Shown here: in pieces, positions 1 to 11,817 of the stretch
Numbering within the stretch: position 1 is the first letter of the stretch
Layout: each line of letters starts with the position of its first letter
Source of the DNA: the human T2T-CHM13v2.0 reference genome, Homo sapiens
DNA length: 64,000 nt
Assembly: GCF_009914755.1 (NCBI RefSeq)
Contig: NC_060933.1
Direction: 5' to 3' (one strand)
Notes under the pieces: model-generated
Databases searched by the model: none
Seen by the model: only the letters and a program-made list of their open reading frames with translations
What the model was told of the DNA's origin: nothing
Made by a program: the position numbers and the translations under genes

Positions 1-204
1 GACCTCGTGATCCACCTGCCTCGGCCTCCCAAAGTGCTGGGATTACAGGTGTGAGCCACCATGCCCAGCCTTTTAAAAATTTTTTGTAGACACAGGGTCT
101 CACTATGCTGCCTAGGCTGGTCTAGAACTCATGGTCTCAAGCAATCCTCCTGCACTGGCCTCCCTAAGCGCTGGGATTACAGGTGTGAGCCACCATCCCC
201 AGCC
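1..204 (-). mobile_element. Two adjacent Alu left-arm segments (AluS/Y-like end cut by the window edge, then an AluJ/FLAM-like arm)
   Basis: cctcggcctcccaaagtgctgggattacagg at 18-48; a second, more diverged left arm at about 79-204. Confidence 0.85.
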
Positions 205-263
205 CTATTTTTCTTTTTTGATTTAAAACTCAATGGTCTGTCTAAACTAGCCCATGGTACTAA

Positions 264-654
<391 letters not shown>

Positions 655-1651
655 TGCCCTAACCTATTTTCTAAGCAGGGTTGGAGGGGTTACTCTTAGT
701 CATTTATTTCAACAAATGGCTGATTTTTGGCCTGCTCAACTGTGTACACAGGTGCTCTGTAGGGCGCGGTGATATTCTGTTCAGTGTGCAAGATGGACAG
801 ACAGACGAGGAAGAGGACATCAAATGAGGAGATGCAATGAGTAAGTGGCAGCTGGCCACAGCACAGGGTGGCCAGGGGTGAAGGCACCAAAGCCCTAGTG
901 CCTCCTCTGTCGCTGGGCAGAATGCAGTGCGGCTGAGGAGCGCAGGGGAGTTGCCCCATGAATTCCACAAGTGGAGTGAAGAAAGGGGCAGGATGAGGGA
1001 TGCAAGAAGATGGTGAGGATGGGATGGAGCCAATGACAAGGGGGAGGAAGGAGCAGAAGAGGTTTGTCCCTGAGGCAGGACGGGGAAGACACCATGGAAG
1101 AGCCAGTGTGGGACTGACCACATCCTGGTTCTTAGGGAGAAAGGGGCAGAGACAGAGAAATGTGAGACACAGACTGACCATCAGGCAGACAAACAAGTAT
1201 TCACCCTCCAGAAAACACATGCTTCTGAACTGTAAAGGCAGCAGGCATCAGAAAGAAACACTCCCATGAAAGAGACACTCCCGCACGAAGCTCTCCCTAA
1301 ACCCTAGAAAATTAAAGACCTCCCCGCCCCGCCGCCTGTGAAAGGAGGCAAAGTCCTGCTCTCAAATTGTGGTGTGATGGAACAGGGGCCCTGTTTTGGG
1401 AGCTTCTCAAGGTCAGGAGACCCTAGTGCTCTTTCTGTTCCTCTCCTAGTACTCGGAACACAGGACCAGGCACACAGGGAGTACTCAACTGAAATGCTGA
1501 GTGAATGAAGAATAAAGCCTCTTGGCAAGGTACCAAGAGGATCACCCGAGGTGATTGGGTGAGTTACTCTAAAAGAGCAAGGAATTTACTCAGGAATCTG
1601 GAAGCTCAGGTGCAAAGTGAAGGCGAGTTAAATGGTTCTCATCTGCAAGAT

Positions 1652-1810
1652 CAGAGCTTCTGAGAATGTGCTGTGCACAGGAACCAGCTGGGGTCCTGCT
1701 GAATGCAGAGTATGATTCGGCAGGCCTGTGTGGGTCTGAGATTCTGCATTCCGACCAGCTCTCAGGTGCTGCAGCTGCTGGCCTGTGGCCACAGCTGGAA
1801 TAGCACGGCG
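1652..1810. mobile_element. MER5A-like hAT-Charlie DNA transposon fragment
   Basis: Degenerate MER5 motifs: aatgcagagtatgattc...ggtctgagattctgcatt...cagctctcaggtgctgc. Confidence 0.65.
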
Positions 1811-2423
1811 CTAGAGGAACTCATACCAGTTCACCCAGAGGGCACAGTTTCTTCTGAATAAAATTCCTGGAGAAATTTCCCACATGGCTCCTCACATAAG
1901 GGTCCTTGAGTAACAGAAAGAAGACTGTCTTCCAATACACATTTTTATGATGTGGAGACAGTCACCACAGGAAACAGCTCATCTGGGGCTGTAATAAATG
2001 CCAAGGGCACAAGATCAAAGTGGCAGAGGGGATATGGTTCAGGTATGGTGCTTTATGAGCTCACAGTCTTTCCTGCTGGAACAACAGATCATGAATCTGT
2101 CTAGGCTTCCCCTATAGATATCAGACACCTCACTGGCAAGAAAGCACTTGCTAAACCTCGGTCAATTCATCCCTGAATTCTCTGAGGAGAATTTCTCATT
2201 GACAGATGCCCTGCAGGGGCACCTACCACATAGTCCTGCTCACAGGTGACAGTTACCAAACTTGTCAAAGTAAATATGTTTGAGTTCTTGGGGTACAGAT
2301 AAATATGGTGTGATGTTGCTCATGTGATATGGACACATGATGTGGAAGTGGCAGAGGGGGCATCCCATTGTGAAAACTTAGGAGTTTGTATCTCGGGGCC
2401 CCATCTAGTTTCATCTAACCATT

Positions 2424-2524
2424 TGTCCGTCTGTCCGTCCGTCCGTCCGTCCATCCGTCCATCCGTCCGTCCATCCAACCATCCATCCATCCATCCATCC
2501 ATCCATCCATCCATCCATCCATCC
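2424..2524. repeat. Compound microsatellite (TCCG)n grading into (TCCA)n
   Basis: Read directly; explains the MDGW and PSIH pseudo-ORFs in the track. Confidence 0.95.
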
Positions 2525-3320
2525 AAATAGTCACTGAATGTCTATTAAATGCCAAATAACCATGTCAGGTTTTAAGGAAGGAGAGGTGAATAGGGCACTA
2601 TCCCTGCCCTCAAAGAATTCATTGTCCAAAGGAGAAGAAATACAATTAACCAAGTAATAATATTATCATGTTACAGTGGAGATGCTCAGATGTCTAGGGT
2701 ACTGTGTAAGGCCAGGAGAGGCTTCCTGGAGCAGGTGCACTTGAGCTTGAGTTTGAAAGATGAATTAATAGGAGTTTGAACAGGTAGTCAAGTGGGAAAA
2801 AAGGCATTCTGGCAAAACACTGATAATAACAAACACACAAACAAAAGCAGTAGCACAGGTAAAGGCAGGAAATGCTGAAAAAGCAGAGAAAAGGTATTTA
2901 AGCAGGAAGTGACATTCTTGGATGTGTATTTCAGAATGATAAATTTGCTATTCTTGTGAAGCATGGTGTGGAAGGAGGTGACACCAAAGACAGGGGAACG
3001 ATTTGGATATGACTGAGCTAGACTGTGCAAGAGACGATGGTGGCTGCATGGGGGCAGTGCAGTGGGGATGGCGGAGGAGTCAAATGTAAGAGATGTCTGG
3101 GAGGTAGAATCAACACGATGAGAAATGGCATAGGGACAGTGAAAGAAAAGGAGGAGTGAGGGACGACTGATGTTTCAAATAGGTGCAAACTGGGAAGTAC
3201 TGAAACAATGGCCCCCCTTACCAAGACACAGGAACAGCCATGGGCTGGACACCAACATGAGGAGCTGAGATTGGATCATATTGGGTTTCAGGTATCTGAG
3301 AGACATCTACACGCAAGTGG
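2525..3320 (-). mobile_element. LINE-2 3' fragment
   Basis: Typical antisense L2 phrases (ccctgccctcaaagaattcattgtc, ggcttcctggagcaggtg, ggaggtagaatcaac) abutting the TCCA tail. Confidence 0.7.
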
Positions 3321-3822
3321 ACTCAAACAAGAAGGCAAGGTTCAAGGAAAAGGGACACAAACACTCTGAACAAAACCCTGTCCCTGCCTGGTGTCCTCCG
3401 AGGGGGACATGTAGAATGGTATGCAGATCCTTCCTCCACATTCAGATCTAGTGCCACCCTCTAGAAGGCTCATTTGCACTTGGAGAATGGTGGTTACGAG
3501 GGTGATGGGTGGAAAGTGACTACATTGGAATTGTCTATCTTAAGGAACAGTAACCAAGGCTGGCAGGTGGAACTGGGAACAGACACCATCTGTGTTGTCC
3601 TGAGAGTTCAAGGCAGGAACCTTGATGCTGGGTCAGCGTCAAGGAGGCTTCCAGCACAGCTTGGGAAGAACAGTGGGCACCTGGGCTGTCTAACGACAGA
3701 GCACACAGCTGCACTGTAGGGGACTCTCCATTGCTCGCAGGGCTCTCAGGGCTGGGGGAATTCCTACACTGCCGCCAAAGCTGAAGAAGGGGATCCCCCA
3801 GGTTCCTTCCAATGAACAGAAG

Positions 3823-4143
3823 TTTTTTGTTTTTTGTTTTTTTGTTTCTTTTTTTTTTTTTTGACAGGGTCTCACTCCAATGCCCAGCCTGGAGTGCAGG
3901 GGTGCGACCACAGCTCACTGCAGCCTCGACCTCCTGGGCTCAAGTGATTCTCTCATCTCAACCTCCCGAGCAGCCAGGACAACACGCAGACAACATCGTG
4001 CCCGCCTAATTTTTGCATTTTTTTGTAGAAATGGGGTTTTGCCATGTTGCCCAGGCTGGTTTTGAACTCCTGGGATCAAGCAATCTGACCAGCATGGCCT
4101 CCCAAAGTACTGGGATTATAGGTATGAGCCACTATGGCTGGCC
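3823..4143 (-). mobile_element. AluJ-like element
   Basis: Dimeric Alu with AluJ-type ctcctgggctcaag; T-rich tail. Confidence 0.9.
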
Positions 4144-4613
4144 AGCACAGAATTTTTGAAATAAAAAACAATGGCTGCCCCAAATCCCATGGAAGAAGGC
4201 AGGCTCTAAGGAAAGAGGCAAACAGCGAAGAAGTTATGCAGGCATGAAGCCCCATCCACTCGGAGGGTGTCATGCTGGTGACCCATCAAGACAACTGTGA
4301 TAAAATAGCAACCAGAAAGTTTTTCTAATACAACTCTAAACTGCTCTACAATGTGTTTCCCCCAGTTTCTGTTCTGCATGTCTCTTTCTTTAGGGAACAT
4401 TCTCTCCCTTTTATCTGGGTGGAGAGTGGTAGCTTTTTCATTTCTGCCATGAAAGAAACTTACTTCTCTGCAGAATTTGGTCTTCATTCGGAAGCAGGGA
4501 AAGGAACACACAATGGCTGATAGAACCTTGGGAGCAACAAAAGAGTGCAGCCTACTTGGGCACAAAGCAAACTGCCAAGGATTCATAACTATAATCATAA
4601 ACTTTGCTGTGCT

Positions 4614-4661
4614 GCTATAAATACGGAACAAACCAGCAAGTGACTCATCCGCTAAGATGGC
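4614..4661. promoter_or_regulatory. Candidate intronic promoter/enhancer motif cluster
   Basis: TATAAATA at 4616-4623, AP-1 TGACTCA at 4641-4647 and YY1-like AAGATGGC at 4654-4661, in apparently repeat-free DNA. Confidence 0.4.
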
Positions 4662-6009
4662 ACTCAGGCAGCCTGAGCTGCGCCACTCTGGGTTTACAGC
4701 CAAATCTAACCGCTCTTTTTCTTTCTCTCTTTCTTCTTTTTTAAACGAGTACAGAACATCGCACTTAATTCTTCTTCTTAAAAGGAACCCTCCTCACTGT
4801 CTGTGATATTATTCATCCGATTTCTCTGACAGAATGCTTCTTTTTGCCTCTTAACACAAATCTGCTGTATAAAACATGTCAAATATTTTGTAAACATTTT
4901 GCAAATACTCACAGAAACTAACCAACAGGTTTTTTTTTTTTTTCTTTTTTTCTCTCACCAGGTACAGACCAGTCTGTACTTCTTACCTGGAGCAATGGGG
5001 GTTCCCAGACCCTCAGGAGGGCCAGCCTCCTCTGAAGACCCAGCACAAAGTGGCTTCCCACCGGCAGGAAGAGGTCTCCCACCTAACAGAGGTGGTGGGG
5101 GCTGCTTTTCTGGCTGTTCATCCCACTTGCAGAGCACAGTCACTAACTTGACCCCCTGACATGTCTATTGTCAGTGCACCTGGTAAAACCCCACAAGGAA
5201 GCCTGCCTTTGAACCACTGTTATTTGCTATTCTTAACATTTAGCTGCAAGATAAAAAGAGCCCCAAGATGACACACTTTACAAGGTCTCAAGGAGGGGTT
5301 TCAAGAAGACTCATTGTGCAATGTATAGGAACAAGCAGGGCCAGAAATCACTTACATCAAACAGTGCTTGAAGGAGTGAATTTTAAATCTTATTTAATTT
5401 TAATGAACTGGAATGTAAATAGTCCTATGGAGCTGGTGGCTGCTGTATTGGACTATGAAGGTCTAGATGCTCTGTGATGGGACTGCAGACCACAGGAGGA
5501 AAATCTGATGTAGGGCACGTACTGTTCCCTAAGCCCCCCTTTTCCTTTCACCAAAGTGACAGAGCCCTGGAGTGTGGCAGCGTAGGCTGATAATGTGCTA
5601 TTTGCCCAGCTGGCCTGGAGGCTCCTGAAACAACTTCTCTGATTTGCTCCGGTGTTCCCCTCAATGACCAGCCAAGGATGTATAAAGTGTGCCGCTGGAC
5701 TTGGGAATGAATGCAAGCCCTCTAAAGTGCCTGCATGTCATTGGACAGAATGCATCCCTCCCCACCTGGCACTGATTGCATAAAGAGACAGAGGGTGCTG
5801 GGCTGTGAGGGCACTCAGAGGCTATCCACCTGCCCCATGCCACAGATGAGCAGCTGGGTGAGTGGTGTGGAGCGCCCAGACTGCAAGCAAGGTGATGATT
5901 CCAAACCTACTCCCACATGAATTCTGTGTGAAAAATGCACTTTTCGCTTGTAGATATTCTAGGGGTTCACCCTTTAAATGAACGATGGAATAAACGTGTT
6001 AGTCTAGAT

Positions 6010-6217
6010 GAGTGCTGCTGACAACACTTTCTGCAGTGATGGGAATGGGCTGTATCTGTGCTGTCCAAGATGGAGGCCAACACTCCTGTGTGGCTGTCAA
6101 GCAATTCAAATGAGGCTCATGTGACTGAGGAACTGAATGCCTACATTTTTATTATTTTAATTAATTTAAATCTGAATAGACAACTGGGGCTGGTGGCTGC
6201 TGTACTGGACAGGGAAG
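6010..6217 (+). mobile_element. MER3-like hAT-Charlie MITE, full length
   Basis: Matches the MER3 layout (actttctgcagtgatgggaatg...gtgactgaggaactgaat...tggctgctgtactggacag); 8-bp TSD gtctagat at 6002-6009 and gtttagat at 6218-6225. Confidence 0.8.
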
Positions 6218-7821
6218 GTTTAGATGCTGTACAATTCTGTGATGGGACTGCAAACCACCACAGGAAGCTCTGACGCAGCAGGTGTGAGTGGGCTTCCCAG
6301 AGCCCTCCAACGCTTCCCTAAACCGTTTTCTCCTTTTGCCAAAGCCGCAGAGCCCCCACTGCAGACTCAAAACGGCTCTAGTCACGCATGCCTGCACTCC
6401 TGCTTTGTATTTCTAGATGTGCTTGTGGTTTGAAAAGCTACAAAGTCACACAAAGGAACTCACAATCATCCACTGTAGCCCTGACAAAGGGGCAGCAGGC
6501 TGCAAGTTGGAACAAGAGATAGCAATCATTTAGCAAAAGCATCATCCAAGCTCAGGTCACAAGGAAAGAATGACCACAGGGATTATTTAACCAGAGGTGT
6601 TAAGAACACAGATAAACTGGAAACCATGTTTGCTGTGGGCAAGGACAGAGGAGAGGTAGCAGCCTCACATACAAATGGGAAGGAGATTTGCAATTCACCT
6701 GCAAATGCCTGGAGTCCAATCAGGGTGCATTTGATGCTTTCAGCCTAATAGCTACAGTGGTAAAAAATTTACAGATTAACTAACGTGCCTGCTTGCTAAT
6801 CCTCAGCTGTTAGGGGGGCCATTATCTTACTATATTTTAGAAATAGTATGGGGCTTAACAGAATAGATACCCAATGACTATGGTTGATTTCCTAACAGTT
6901 GATCCTTTACTATCATGCTTTAACCTAATTTATAATCTATGTCTTACCTACTTAAAAAAATGATTTGCGAGTTTACCCCAAAACATACAGATATGTAACT
7001 ATGAATCCATTAAAATAAGAAAAAAAAGACCCATATAACAAAGGCAAATGAGGAAGAGAAGGTCCTATACAAGAAATCTGGGCTGAGGGAAGTGAATACA
7101 ATTGAGCCTAATGTGCAGTTCTGAACTCCCTGGTAACCAAGGCAAAAAGGGAAACAAATGGGTTAAATATATCCTATTGAATAACAAAAGCACTCAACCA
7201 TCTTTCAGGACAGACATTTTTTCTGTCCTTGAGCTATGAGGGAACTCTGTCACGTTAAAAAAGCGGGGTGGGGGAGGTAGGACATAAAAATTTAACAAAA
7301 AATTTCTCAAAGAAAATTAGAGATGTTCTAACGTTTGTTTCTTTATACTAACTATTAATTGAAAACAAAACCCCTCAGAACCCTGTTGTTCGGAGAAGGC
7401 TTTTAGAAGCAAGCATATTTCCAATGATTTGAAATCATGTGATGGTAAAACTTTAATAATCTAGAGAAATCAGAGTTAGCATGGCCCTAGAGTCTGTACC
7501 TCCAGAACAGGGAATGATTAAACTGGGCTTTGCTTGTGAGCTGGAGAGGAGACTAATTCAAGAGACTAACAAGTACTTAGTGACTAGGAAGTCTTTGTCG
7601 TGGACAAAAAGAAGTACAAGCTCTAGACCCCAGGCACATAGACCGTCTTCCGGGTGAAAAGGTAGAGTCTGATTTATGTTCTTATCCTGGCAGAAGGCAC
7701 CTGTGGGAGCTGGCTGCAGGCACCAGCTCTTGGTTCCTCTCAAATGGCAACCTGGACCTGAGCAAACTCCGCAACAGCCAAAAAGCAAATACCCAGAAAT
7801 AAAACAACACGAGTTTCTTAC

Positions 7822-7998
7822 TCTTGGTGCGGGCTTCGGTTCTGAGAAACTTCAGAATCGCTGTCTTGAGGGGCCAGAGAGCCCTTGTACGTGTAAAATA
7901 CATCTTCCGTTTCCGTGATGTAGGTCATTTCATTTGCAAGGTTATCTGCAGAAGAGTGGCGTGGCTTTCGGATTTCGTGCCGGAGCCGAGGACTTCGC
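7822..7998 (-). CDS. PTPN3: PTPN3 exon 14, aa 379-438 (linker); the gene continues beyond the left edge of the window
   Basis: (W)[58 protein letters not shown](E); acccag|G and AGA|gtaaga; 177 nt, phase 2-2. Confidence 0.96.
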
Positions 7999-10115
7999 CT
8001 GGGTGGGAAAAACGTTGAGTGCAAAGTGTTCAAAGCAAATTCCACTTAAAAATTTTATTAGACACCAGTGAACCTCGTGTCCTGACCTTTCTAAGGATGC
8101 CTTCCTTGGCGGAGGCTGACATTCAGAGCCGGTTAACTCATTACTACCCCAGCAGAAGGCACCAAGGGTGACACAAATCCCTAACACTCTCAGTCAAGTG
8201 GTGGCTCCCAAAACAGTAGCCTCAGCTGTATAAACAGGCAGAATTAGATGGGTTTATGCCCTTTGGGAAGTGACGGGTATTGACTTAAGGGTAAGTTATT
8301 CTTCCAGGAGGACTCAAGCTCTCAAAACATAAATAGGCCATATGGACTGCTATTCAGATAATTTTTCTGATTAATTTGAACAATGCAAACAAAAGGGTTA
8401 GAAGCCAAACTACATTTCTCAGCAAAACTCCAACCTTATTTCAACGACATCCCTTCATGTGAATTTCACTTGATCCAAGAGAAAATGTTTGCTTTTTAAG
8501 ATATATCCCTTATTAAACACGTTTATATGCATTAGATGGGCATATAAACACTGGACTGTCCTCCAACAGTGGCAGTAGGCATGTGACCTTGGGCAAGGCA
8601 CGTCACCTCTCTGGGCCTCGGCTGTACTTACCTGCTCCTGAGAATGAATCCAATGAGGCCGTGTTCTCAGGGCATCCAGTGTGGCACCTGGGCGTCAGCT
8701 CCTGCAGCGGGGGATCCCAAGCTGCCAAGCTTTCTAAGTTCTATTTTCCCTCACAGTTTTTCCATCTTCCCTTTCTTTGTTAGCCATTTCTCCTCAGGAC
8801 TGTCAGGGCCTCCATGATTTGCAATCCCCCTGGGCCTGGATAATCAATAATGCTGTGTCCAAAGCAGAAGTAAAAAGGCTCTTGTGACTCCTCAGGAGAG
8901 GACCTATAAATAGCCACAGGAGCTCCGGGCCACGAGTGTGGCAACATCCAACCCCGCTGTTCCCCTGGATCCAGTCCTGGGCTCTCTGGGCCCCTGGCAT
9001 TGCTGCCGATGAGATTTTCAGATAAATTAAGCTGCTGTGTTATAGCATAAATTTACCTCTTTAGAATGAGGTATCTAAATGTTGGAAACCAAGAAGCAAA
9101 TCTATTCAGTTACGTCATGATTTCTAACACTAAATACTATCACTGTCCCTTCCCAGAGCATTAGGCCCCCAGTGAAGGGGTCCTTCCCTAGCAGGCCCAG
9201 CACAGCATCTCCTCTGTCTGCCTGTCTCCCAGTTTCTCTTAGGCTTAGCAGATCCTGGATCAGGTATTTACAGCCACGCACTCTTACTCCAGTGTGGAGC
9301 TGGGGGCAATGATTCCCTGCTAGGTTTCCCCTCTGGCCCCTAGCCTTTTTGGAGGTATTCACAAAAATGGTGTGATGTCTTTGAGGACCATTATAATAAG
9401 ATAATGATAATTCCACCTGACTCTTTTAAAAGCTTACTACGTACTTGTACATTATTATTTCATTTGCGGTAGTTTTTATCATCTTTTTAGATATGGGGAA
9501 ACTGAGGCTACAGAGGTAAAGAAACTTGTTAATTAACAGAAGGGCCAAAACCTGAGTTTAGGTCTTTCTGCTACAAACCCAGTGCCCTTCTCACTTTACC
9601 AAACGACCACCTATTTCTTTTTAAGCTGAGTCCATCCTCTTAAGTTGGCCTGCTACTTACTGATGTGCATTTGCTTCTGCTGCTGAAGGTCATACATCCT
9701 TACATCATTTACATCACGTACCTGCGTTAGTTTTCCCTAAAGTTTATTTTGTGGGATATTAATGGAAAACATGAATTAAGTAAAGCTAACCGTACTTTTT
9801 TATTATTGGACGTCTCAGAGTGTTTAATATGCTAATGTGTGCTGTGATTCCAAAGGAGGCCTTTCAGCAGGCTCGAGTTTCCCAAACTATTTAGATTGAA
9901 TAAGTTTTTTTAAAAAGAGCATCTCAGCATTATACACGATGGAAAACATTTAGCTAGACTTGTGTACTTCATGAAAACAGTTACTTCTGCCAAGAGCCTA
10001 AAATGCAAATTGTAGGTCATCTATCTTTAGGAGTTTATAAGTTGAGTTTTTATTTTTAAAAGAGATAAAGTGTCTACTGTTGGGTAGTACAAAAAAAAAA
10101 AAAAGGAGGACATAC

Positions 10116-10250
10116 CAGTTGGGAGTAATGGGAGGGGAACGAGAAGGCAGACTCTTGGTTTCTAAGTGCTCCACTGATAAGGATCTCCGCATGGCTGGGT
10201 TCCACACCATCCCGCCAATCACCTTTTTGCAATATTGGTTATTTACCGAC
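10116..10250 (-). CDS. PTPN3: PTPN3 exon 13, aa 334-379; contains the RSLS359VE 14-3-3 site
   Basis: (K)[44 protein letters not shown](W); tttcag|G and CTG|gtatgt; 135 nt, phase 2-2. Confidence 0.96.
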
Positions 10251-10720
10251 CTGAAAAACCAGATGCAGGTTCACTTTCTACACTGACGTTCAACAGGAAA
10301 GAAATTACTGCATGTGTGAAACAGTCTACACATGCTTCTTGTCTGAAGGACGGCAGGTTAATGCCAAGGTTATGGGGAGTAGAGGGAGACAGCTCAAAAG
10401 CGATTCCTGTCTGTCCTGGAATTTCCTTATGTGATTTCTTCTCTTCGGGTGAAAATCCTTTCTTGTCCTCACTACTCAAGCAACAAAGCTGTTTCCAGAA
10501 TATAACCAAACCTAACCAGATTAGAAGGAATTCCAGGATCACACAGAAATACAGCTCCAGTGATTTCAAGGAATTCTTATTTTATTCACACTGGCCTAAG
10601 TAAAAATATTAACCATTTTTTCAGGTGCTCTTCATCATCCTAGCTGGCAGGAGCTGTCACTATAAATCACTGGTAAATCTTTGAGAGAGAATCTGAAAAT
10701 GCGCTTAGAAAGTAGTTTCA

Positions 10721-11016
10721 AACTGGGCACAGTGGCTCATGCCTGCAATCCCAGCATTTTGGGAGGCTGAGGCGGGTGGATCACTTGAGGTCAGGAGTTC
10801 AAGACCAGCCTGGCCAACATGGCAAAACCCTACCTCTACTAAAAATACAAAAAATTAGCCAGGTATAGTGGCGCATGCCTATAATTCCAGCTACTTGGGA
10901 GGCTGAGGCATGAGAACCCCCTGAATCCCCGAGACAGAGGTTGCAGCGAGCCAAGATCGCACCACTGCACTCCAGTCTGGGGAACACAGTAAGACTCTGT
11001 CTCCAAAAACAAAAAA
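10721..11016 (+). mobile_element. AluS-like element
   Basis: Dimeric Alu with an A-rich linker and tail. Confidence 0.92.
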
Positions 11017-11817
11017 TTATACAGAGTTTCAGGCTACGTTCTTTGAAATGTGCTACCCTGAAGGTTACTTTTGAATTTTATTTATACCTAGAGAATTTAA
11101 ATCTTAGCTATCTAGACCCCTCAGAGAATGAATTATTTGAGAGAATAGAGCATGAAGCCTGTCACCCTGTTAAAGGGTGACAACTTTGGTTCTGGCATCT
11201 CTAAATTTTAAACTAGGATTTAATGTCTTATGAAAACATTCTACACATTTCCTTGTGACATGACATCAACCAACCAACAAAAACAAAACAGAACAAAGAA
11301 CAAACAAAAGAACATAAACAATATGAATCGCCCTGTAGCACATCATGTACTAATTCACATTAAGAAATGCTGTTGTCACCCTGATCAAAATGCTCACAAC
11401 AGCATCACTGGGAGACTCTTTCCTCTGAGGCAGGCCTACATCAGAAACCTCACTGCCAGTGATGAAGAGCACAGGATCAAAACAAGGGGAGCAAACTGCC
11501 CAACTCCAAGGTTTAATGTGTCATGGGTTATTAATAGGGACTCTCTGAAAAAAAAGTGTTCCATTGTCCCATAAGCTTGGAAAATAACCCAACAAATTTC
11601 TTTTTATGTGGAACCTTTCAGAAGGCCCAATAAGCAGATGTGTATCTGTATCTCTAGGGGCTGGGCAAGTCATGTGACCCTTCTAAGCCTCAGTGTCCTC
11701 ATCTGTAAAATGGAGGTAATGAGACTTGAAATTCACCAGTATGCTGAAGCTGGCACAGGTAGTAAAAGAACTGCTGACTTGTCCTCCCAAGCCATCCTCC
11801 CAACCCAAATGATCCCC

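Noticed and set aside
696-1269. Overlapping 89-174 aa ORFs
   Set aside because: Purine-rich low-complexity and L2-like DNA with few stops; no recognisable domain or splice logic
2320-2530. MDGW and PSIH repeat ORFs
   Set aside because: Translation of the (TCCA/TCCG)n microsatellite
4930-5143. Pro/Gly-rich 62-aa minus-strand ORF followed by an A-rich run, suggesting a processed pseudogene
   Set aside because: I recognise no parent protein, the start is GTG rather than ATG, and I see no TSD or polyA signal; kept only as splice-signal observations
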